Positions 56,068 to 64,000 of a stretch of DNA of 64,000 nucleotides are shown here, piece by piece (positions within the stretch are counted from its first letter, which is position 1; each line of letters begins with the position of its first letter). The stretch comes from Eledone cirrhosa. Taxonomy: Eukaryota. The notes below the pieces were generated by a model. That model was not told the origin of the DNA and ran no database searches. It saw only the letters and a list, made by a program, of their open reading frames with translations. The stretch is from assembly GCA_964016885.1 (NCBI GenBank), contig OZ024740.1, forward strand, positions 126,356,001-126,420,000, written 5' to 3'. Made by a program: the position numbers and the translations under genes.

Positions 56068-56416
56068 TGTAGTCAATAGTTTAGTCAATGTATTTCTAGT
56101 AAAACGCCTTACGCCCCTCCTGTCGGATAATGGACCAGGCCTAGTTGTCTCCCTCTGGTTGAGAACACTATTTAAGTAAGCAGCAGTATTACTTTCTCAG
56201 ACAAGCCACGGAGACAGCAAACAGCAGACGGCCTTTGTACCACGAAACAGCAGACAGCCTTTGGACCACGAGATCACACAGATGTCAATACACTGAACTC
56301 CTATGCCGAAGCCACAAGGATAGTCTTGGCCGAGCACTGGCTCATAACTGATTTCACTTTACTGGTCCCGTCACATTGGTCACCCAGACGTGGGCGTTAC
56401 ATTGGTGACCCACGAC
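56068..56416 (+). mobile_element. Probable LTR (TGT..ACA, 56068-56375) followed by two degenerate tRNA-Trp-like primer-binding sites
   Basis: ACA-t-TGGTCACCCAGACGTG (56377) and ACA-t-TGGTGACCCACGAC (56403) resemble TGGTGACCCCGACGTGA, the complement of the tRNA-Trp 3' end; TATTTAA inside. Confidence 0.55.
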
Positions 56417-57310
56417 AATTGTAATACGTTGCCTTCATTTCAACTGATCACGTCTATATTGGTATGTTGTTTCATTTGTAATATAACAAACACATAATAG
56501 ACAAAATAAACATCATCCTTATTTACATTGTTGAATAGAACTCTCGTTGTGGTTATTATCTTGTCTACACACACACCCACTCACTTGTTATAATTCTATG
56601 GAGTACCTATCCTCTCACTTACGAAAATGGTAAATAGACGAGGGACTTTCCCCCACGTCTATATTGATAAACTATCCAACAAGGATTATTCATTACCTTA
56701 TAGTAAATGTGAGAAGTACATTTAAACGGGTGAGTAAAATAGATGTGGTATTGTCTTGTAGGAATAATAGTGTTAGTGAGGAATGGAGAGGTATGATATC
56801 TGGATAGTGGAGAGGATCTGGAGGTTCCAGATGGGAATCGGAGAGTGGGGAAAGTAATATAGACCAGTATATCACGTAGGCTTCGTGAATGCGAAACGAA
56901 TGGGATGGACAGATTAAGGAGAAGGTAGAATTAGTGTAATGAAGATAGAGTTGGCAGACTCTTGGTAAGGTCATATGACCAGAGGGTAAATGGAAGGGAG
57001 TGGTAGATGATGATAGTTTTTACAGTGGTAGGCGTCGTTGAGTGAGCATAGAACTAGGGTTATGGGGCTATCAAATTTTAAGTTATAAGCGAAAGATATT
57101 TTAACTAATCGGTTAAAAGTGTTTTTCATTTTTGTCTATATATGGGAAAGCTTATAATTTCTAGAATGTTTACATATCTATATATTAAAAATGTGTATAT
57201 TTATATATACACTGCCGTAGTATATACAGATGTAACTAACACACACACACACACACACACAGACAGACAGACAGACAGACATACATACAGACAGACAGAC
57301 ATACATACAT

Positions 57311-57344
<34 letters not shown>

Positions 57345-57448
57345 GGACGGACGGACGGACGGACGGAAAGACGGACGGACGGACGGACAGACAGACAGGC
57401 AGACAGACAGACAGACAGACATACATACATACATACATACATACATAC

Positions 57449-57662
57449 ATGATGATGGCTGCCCCCTCGTTATCGAGTATGGCCATTGCACGAGAAGAAA
57501 AAAATGAAAAAAAAGAAATAAAAGAAAATGAAATAAAATAATAATAGTAATAATAATAATAATAATAAATAAATAAAAAAAAAAGAAATATATATATATA
57601 TATATATACATACATACATATATACATACACACATACATACACACACTCACACACAATAATG

Positions 57663-57701
<39 letters not shown>

Positions 57702-58210
57702 GCAATAATAATAATAACGACAACAACAATAATAATATACATATTCATATATATATACACACACACGCACGCACATAAGCATATCTACACACACACACAC
57801 GATAGCAACTAACAGTGCTGCGATCGAATGTGGCTTTTTAGCCCAGCCAATGATCTAAAATGTCTTGCACAGAGTCGGCAACCAAAACATTCACTGGGAA
57901 TAGTCGGCTGTGGTTGGAGTTCGTGTACTTTTGCATGTCGCTTGAGCCCTCCTGCTGATTTACATTCTCTACCACATGTTTGGCAAGCATGATGAGTAGC
58001 ATCTCCAACAGCAGCCTGGTAGTCAACCACTGGTCTTACTTTATGACTGCGAAGATGACTTTCGAGTCCAGCTTTGCTTAGGCAGAGTCTCGCACAGACG
58101 CTGCATGTTAGCACCATAGGAGGACCCTCGCCGTCTGGAAGTGCAACAGCAATGCCCTTCCTCACATCCCGCTTTACTTTCTCGTGTGCGATTCGAGATG
58201 CCTCAAATAT
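57449..58210 (-). mobile_element. 3' end of an RTE-clade LINE (ORF C-terminus + 3' UTR with CATCAT tail), UTR split by a ~305-bp low-complexity insert
   Basis: FEASRIAHEKVKRDVRK followed by zinc fingers; tail gcaatggccatactcgataacgagggggcagccatcatc running into (TATG)n. Confidence 0.78.
57809..58207 (-). pseudogene. RTE ORF C-terminus with three C2H2 zinc fingers
   Basis: CSVCARLCLSKAGLESHLRSH, CQTCGRECKSAGGLKRHAKVH, CRLCARHFRSLAGLKSHIRSQH; no TGEKP linkers. Confidence 0.75.
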
Positions 58211-58979
58211 GAGGGAGCTTATAGATAGGACAACACACGCTGTCTTTTCGTGGGGTAAGTTTTTAATTAATTTTTTTATTCTGAAACATCAAAATACAAC
58301 AATTTTTTGGTCACTGGACTCGGGAATGTCACGACAGAAGTTTGTGGAAGTTACACAAATATTTTAGTATATTTTAGCAGAGCAATCCTTATTTTTATAT
58401 CTTACATTTTACATTTACTTACATCTCAATATAACATGGCTAAAATTCAAATTTTGCAAAGAGAAGAAAACGGTCAAATGAACTAGATACATCTCACTGT
58501 CCCCAACACCACAATAACTTCTACACTCTCTCCCCACCATCACATGTCATTACCATACCATACCCTATCGAGACTAAAGTCATCGACCTGTTGTCAAACT
58601 CTCTACTCTCTGTTGAATGTGTATATATATATATATGTGTGTGTATGTATATGTGTGTATATACATCACTCAGTCAAACGACCAGATTTCAACCCCAATA
58701 TCTACAACAACAACACCGGCACTAATGTTTACAACAACAACAGCTTCAGAATGAACTGAAATGAACATTTACAACAACAACAACAGCGGCATCGAAACAT
58801 AAAAAAAGGAAAAGAAAAGAAAAGAAAAGAAAAGAAAAGGGAAAAAAAAAAAAAAACCACTAAAAATAACAAAACACACACAGACACACACACACGCACA
58901 CAACACAACAACATCAACCGCCACCGCCGCCGCCATCACCATCACCAGCGACCGGGCCTTAAGAAAACAACTTTAATAA

Positions 58980-59130
58980 TAATTTTTCTGCTTTTGCACG
59001 GATCCAGCGACTGGCCAGCGCATCACTGTTACTCTCTTTTGTTGACTCCGTGGGGATGAAAGGCAAGGTTGATCTCGGCGGGATTTGAGCTCAGAGCGTG
59101 GGGAGCCATAGCTCTATGCTGTAAAGCAAT
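58980..59130 (-). mobile_element. Diverged family 1 SINE fragment
   Basis: gatgaaaggcaaggttgatctcggcgggatttgagctcag. Confidence 0.65.
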
Positions 59131-59231
59131 TATAATAATACTGGACTGTACTACGATCGGCTTCAACTATACGAACTCTTGAAAGTCAACAGTTGACATA
59201 ATCTTGTAATCTTGTATCAGTAATGACGGTA

Positions 59232-59264
<33 letters not shown>

Positions 59265-59399
59265 CGTGTAAGTGAGTAGAGTAGCGTGTGTGTGTGTTTG
59301 TTTGTATGTATGTGTTGCTGTGTGCGCGCATATGTATGCGTGTGTGTGTATGTCGTACGTATAAGTGTCAATAACTGAGTTTTTTTGTTTTTTGATTTT

Positions 59400-62300
59400 T
59401 TTTGCGCGGGGACATAGAAATAATCGGGCTGGATGCCCGATCGCGCAGTTAAACCACTGGGAGTGAAGAACCCCTAGCCCTTGTCAGGGCATTCTTCTAG
59501 GAGAAGGCATCTCAGGAAACTGGGTTAACTCCGATATAAAACCTGCGGCTGAGTAGTTACCGATGATGTTGATCTTTTCTTCTTTTCGGGTTATAGCTAC
59601 TGTTGCTCAGAGAGTGGGATTGGCTCAGTGCACAGTCTTTCCTCACTTTAAAAATATTCGTCACGCACAGGCATTGCACGAGTGCATTAATAATTATTAA
59701 TAGTGTACTATTATTATTATTATTATAATTACTATTATTATTACTTTTTTTTTTGTTTTTTTGTTTTTTTCCAATTCAATGATGTTCCAGAACAATGTAA
59801 AAGAGATAATTGGCAATTTAGGTTCTGGAACAAAAAAGATCATTGGCAATAAGGGCAGGGGCCCCAAGTTATCACAGCCTGGGCCCGCTCGTCATCGTGC
59901 CATTGTAATAGAGCCAAACAAGGCATTTCGTCTTGGCTGCTGGAACGTACGGACGCTGCTTGACAGGGATTCCTTGGAGCGTCCTGAACGAAGGACCACT
60001 TTTGTTGCAAAGGAGCGTCGACGTTAGGATCTTGACATCGTGGCTTTATCTGAGATGAGGTTAGCTGGAGATGGTCATCTTACGGAATTTTGTGGAGAAT
60101 ATACATTCTTCTGGAAAGGAAGAGATGAAGGTACCAGAAGAGAGGCTGGGGTAGGATTTGCTGTTAAGACTGTACTTGTGAATAAATTAGAAGAATTCCC
60201 AGTAGGGATTAGTGAGCGCCTTATGTCCATGAGAGTTCCGCTGGACAAAGGAAGATATGCTACCCTGGTGAGTGTGTATGCTCCAACTATGAATTCTGTC
60301 GATGAAGAAAAACTGTCCTTTTACCATGCCTTGAAAGGTGTTCTAAGAAATATCCCTCAGGCAGACAAAGTCATCGTGCTTGGTGACTTTAATGCTAGAG
60401 TGGGTAGGGATTTTAACACATGGAATGTAATTGGAAGGCATGGGGTGGCAAAGTGTAACAGCAATGGTATGCTCCTGCTGCAGATGTGTGAGGAGCTGAA
60501 TCTGTGTGTTAACAACACCATGTTCCAACAAAATAACAAATTCAAGACCACATGGATGCATCCTGCATCTAAGGAATGGCATCCTTTGGACTACGTCCTA
60601 GTCAGGATGCGTGACAGACAGGATGTGCAGTGTGTTCGTGTTCTTCGTGGATCTGAGTGCTGGACGGACCACCGCCTGGTACGCGCAAAAGTGAAACTAA
60701 TCACCAAACGTAAAATCCGGGCTCCTGGTGTTGCCCTGCCCAAAAGATTGAATGCTGCTCGTCTTAAGGGAAAAAATGTGAAGAGGACATTGGAAGAAGA
60801 GATGCAGGCTGCAGATCTTGGTGAGGATTGGCCGACCCTTAAAAAGTCGGTTTATGATGTAGGCAGGCGTGTTCTGGGATTGGTGCAGAGAAAACATCAG
60901 GACTTTTTTAATGAGAATGATGTACATATAGAAGACTTGTTGGCTGATAAGAGGCGTGCTCTGTCACGCTACTTGACGGCAAAACCACAGGAGAGGAATA
61001 CGTTGCATGAGGAGCTCAGGGATGTAAAATCACGTGTTAGGCGGAGTCTTTCTCAGATGAAGGATCAGTGGTGGAGTGAGAAGGCTGGTGAGATACAAAC
61101 TGCGTCTGATTCCAATAACACAAAGCTGTTGTACAGTCTCTTGCGTGAGGTTTATGGACCGTCTTCTTCTCTGGTGACACCGCTTCGCAGCAAGGATGGC
61201 AAAGAACTTCTTCGTGACTCACAGGGAATTCTACGAAGGTGTCGAAAGCACTTTGATGATCTTTTGAATCAGCCGTCTCTCGTCAGTGAAGATTTCCTCA
61301 ATCTCATTCCAGAAAGTCCTGTGAAAGTAGCTCTCGCAGAACCTCCGACGCTTGTGGAGGTTGCAGTGGCTATTTCGAAGCTGAACAGTGGAAGTCTTCA
61401 GGTATGGATGGCATACATGCTGAGCTCCTACAATATGGTGGTGAGAGACTCCTGCAACATCTGCACTCTTTGTTTGGAAGGATATGGGCTAATGAATCCG
61501 TACCTGAGGACTGGAGAGATGCAGTAATGGTGGTCTTGTACAAGGGAAAGGGTAACAGGAATGATTGTGGGAACTACAGAGGTATATCATTGCTTTCTGT
61601 CGTAGGGAAAGTTTTATGTAGGGTTCTTCTGGACCGTCTGCTGACACACATTGCAGTTTGTGTTCTTCCTGAAAGTCAATCTGGTTTTCGTGCTGGACGC
61701 GGCACTACTGATATGATCTTCTCAGCTAGACAGCTCCAGGAGAGGTGCATTGAACAAGGCTTGGATCTGTATCAGGTTTTTGTCGATCTGACAAAGGCTT
61801 TCGATACTGTCAACAGAGATGCATTATGGAAGGTTCTCCAGAAACTTGGTTGCCCTGATAAGTTCCTTGCTTTAGTTAGGTCTTTCCATGACGACATGAA
61901 GGCTTGGGTTAATGTCGGAGGTAACATGTCGGAGCCTATCTCAGTAAAAAATGGAGTGAAACAGGGGGATATTCCATCACCGACCCTGTTTGCCATATAC
62001 TTTGGAATGGTTTTCTGTATTGCATTCAGGAATTGCGAGCATGGTGTTTACCTCCGATATCGAACCTCAGGCAGCATATTTAACATCAGGCGCTTTGCTG
62101 CGAAGACAAAGGTGTTTACATCAATCATAAGAGACCTCTTGTATGCAGATGATTGCGATCTTGTAGCGCACACAGAGAGTGATATGCAGCACATTTTGAA
62201 TGCATTTTCTGACGCTTGCACTGCCCTGGGTTTGACTGTCAGTCTCAAGAAAACCGTCGTCATGTACCAACCTGCCCCTAGTAAGCAGTACACTGAGCCA

Positions 62301-62903
62301 AACATCTATGTGTATGGCAAACGACTTGGAGTGGTTGATCAGTTTGTCTACCTGGGAAGCACTGTCAATCGATACGGCAACCTTGACAGTGAAATCTCAC
62401 TTAGGATTAGGAAAGCAAGTGATGCTTTCGGAAAGCTAGAAAAGCGACTCTGGGGTCGGCGAGACATATGCAGGTGGACAAAGGTAAAGGTGTACAGGGC
62501 ATGTGTACTCTCTTGTCTTCTTTATGCCTGCGAGACCTGGGTCACATATTGACACCACCTTAAGCAATTGGAGCGTTTCCATCAGATGTGTCTCAGACGG
62601 ATCCATGGCGTTTACTGGAGGGACCACATCAGTGATGTCGAGATTTTGGAAAGCTCTATGTGTGACAGTATAGAAGCTCTTGTGCTTAAGCAACGACTCC
62701 GTTGGAGTGGTCACCTTGCCAGGATGAAGGATTCTAGAATACCAAAACAACTCTTTTATGGTGAGTTGGTTAAAGGAAAACGGCCGCCACATAAACCAAA
62801 AAAAGAGGTATAAGGATTCCTTGAAAGCCTCTCTGAAAGACGCTAACATCTCTGCTGATACATGGAAAAATGTTGCTGCTGATCGTAATAAATGGAGAAA
62901 GAC
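59400..62903 (+). mobile_element. Near full-length RTE-clade (BovB-like) LINE lacking its extreme 3' end
   Basis: 5' UTR motif cccttgtcagggc..tctaggagaagg; APE + RT ORF; stops abruptly at ADRNKWRK before (CATA)n. Confidence 0.92.
59779..62903 (+). pseudogene. RTE ORF: apurinic-like endonuclease + reverse transcriptase; two in-frame stops (60025, 62550) and two frameshifts (~61395, ~62805)
   Basis: GCWNVRTL, ALSEMRL, SVYAPT, LGDFNARVG, LDYVL, TDHRLV; [51 protein letters not shown]. Confidence 0.93.
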
Positions 62904-63584
62904 ATACATACATACATACATACATACATACATACATACATACATACATAAATGGTGACCGTTGTGGTCAGTGTCCGATAATCGGACGTGTGTAATTACG
63001 GCTTACATGAAGGCAACATACCATATATTGGAAAAAGTTGAGCTACATTACGCGGTAAGATTACATACAATAATTCTACATAAGTGTTTGAACTGTAAGT
63101 GTGTTGTAAAACACCTATTTATATGAACGATACATACACTTATGATATATGAACGATACATACACTTTAACATATAAATGCAACGTTGTTATATTACATT
63201 TATAAAGAAATATACAAGTAACGTTTTCGATTCAGAAACAAAAATATAAGTGTTTGAACTGTGAATATGTTGTGAATAGGTTGTTGAACACCTATTTATA
63301 TGAATGATACATACACTTTAACATATAAATACAGCGTTGTTATATTATATTACATTCATAAAGGAATATACTAATTAACCGTTCTTTTTGTTCACGATTC
63401 AAACGATTCAAGAACAACGTTTAAAACACAGTTGTAAAATTAAAAACTAACTGAAAAGAAATATTACCCAAGCTGTGAATAACTTTAAATTTGATTCTGA
63501 CAGAACTTTGTCGTAACTTTTAAAGAAGATCATCGACTATTTTGAAAAATAAATACGAAATATTAGTGAATAGACGAACACATC

Positions 63585-64000
63585 ATGGCAAAAAGTACAA
63601 GTCTCCTTCGACCAAATCGCGACTACAACCGTTGTACACAGTGGAGCTACGAGCTTAACAAAGTATTATATGAAGCATACAAACAATCTGAACCCCAAAA
63701 GTTCGGTTTTATGCAAAGGCTAAAAACTTTATGGAACTCCAAACACCCAGAATTAGACTTTTCTCCAAAGCATCTAAATGAACAGGCAAAACGTATCATT
63801 AGATGTAAATTGATACATCTAACGGAATTGAGAGATACTACAAATACAGCCCTTGTAGACAACCACCCCACCTCCACTGACAGACAAAGACAATGGCCAG
63901 CTAAATCTAACAGTGAACAGCTCACCAACAATTTTGCTGAAATCCATCCCACTTCCACTGAAGAACAGCGAGAAAGGTCAGCTGACTCTAGTAGTAATTG
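63585..64000 (+). CDS. 5' start of a probable R4/Dong-clade retrotransposon ORF, open to the window edge
   Basis: MAKST..QWSYELNKVLYEAYKQSEPQKFGFMQRLKTLWNSKHPEL..KHLNEQAKRII..EL resembles the W..E.N......Y....P...G...R...LW....P......L..Q.R.I pattern of R4/Dong N-termini; not in the ORF track because it has no stop in the window. Confidence 0.6.
   Translation, partial: MAKSTSLLRPNRDYNRCTQWSYELNKVLYEAYKQSEPQKFGFMQRLKTLWNSKHPELDFSPKHLNEQAKRIIRCKLIHLTELRDTTNTALVDNHPTSTDRQRQWPAKSNSEQLTNNFAEIHPTSTEEQRERSADSSSN

Noticed and set aside
57809-58165. Host C2H2 zinc-finger gene
   Set aside because: No TGEKP linkers; preceded by the RTE FE..R..KR..RK motif and followed by an RTE-type tail.
59400-59520. 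HDV-like ribozyme at the RTE 5' end
   Set aside because: Hairpins are present, but I could not build the nested double pseudoknot by eye; needs a descriptor search.

Overview
AT-rich, microsatellite-saturated animal genomic DNA with no recognisable host gene exon. The SINE types and repeat landscape suggest an octopus/coleoid cephalopod; this is inference, not a database match. The window is mostly retroelement debris. It holds two large Penelope-like elements (PLEs, 3.36-9.08 kb and 14.27-19.01 kb, both minus strand, RT plus C-terminal GIY-YIG), several PLE fragments, two RTE-clade LINEs, a Tx1/L1-clade LINE, two R4/Dong-like pieces, tRNA-derived SINEs, a hAT-type MITE and a probable Gypsy LTR with a tRNA-Trp-like primer-binding site. 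The main hidden signal is more than 20 type I hammerhead ribozyme (HHR) motifs read by eye, about a dozen with intact catalytic cores and palindromic stem III. Many lie in ORF-less 420-700 bp units present as partial tandems or fold-back palindromes inserted in (TA)n tracts, i.e. candidate PLE-mobilised non-coding retrozymes. One family occurs in two circularly permuted forms, one fold-back apex maps within 2 nt of a predicted cleavage site, and one lineage has the U3-A8 covariant core. Most short ORFs in the supplied track are microsatellite translations. Coordinates were counted manually and may be off by a few bases. Ribozyme activity is predicted, not shown.
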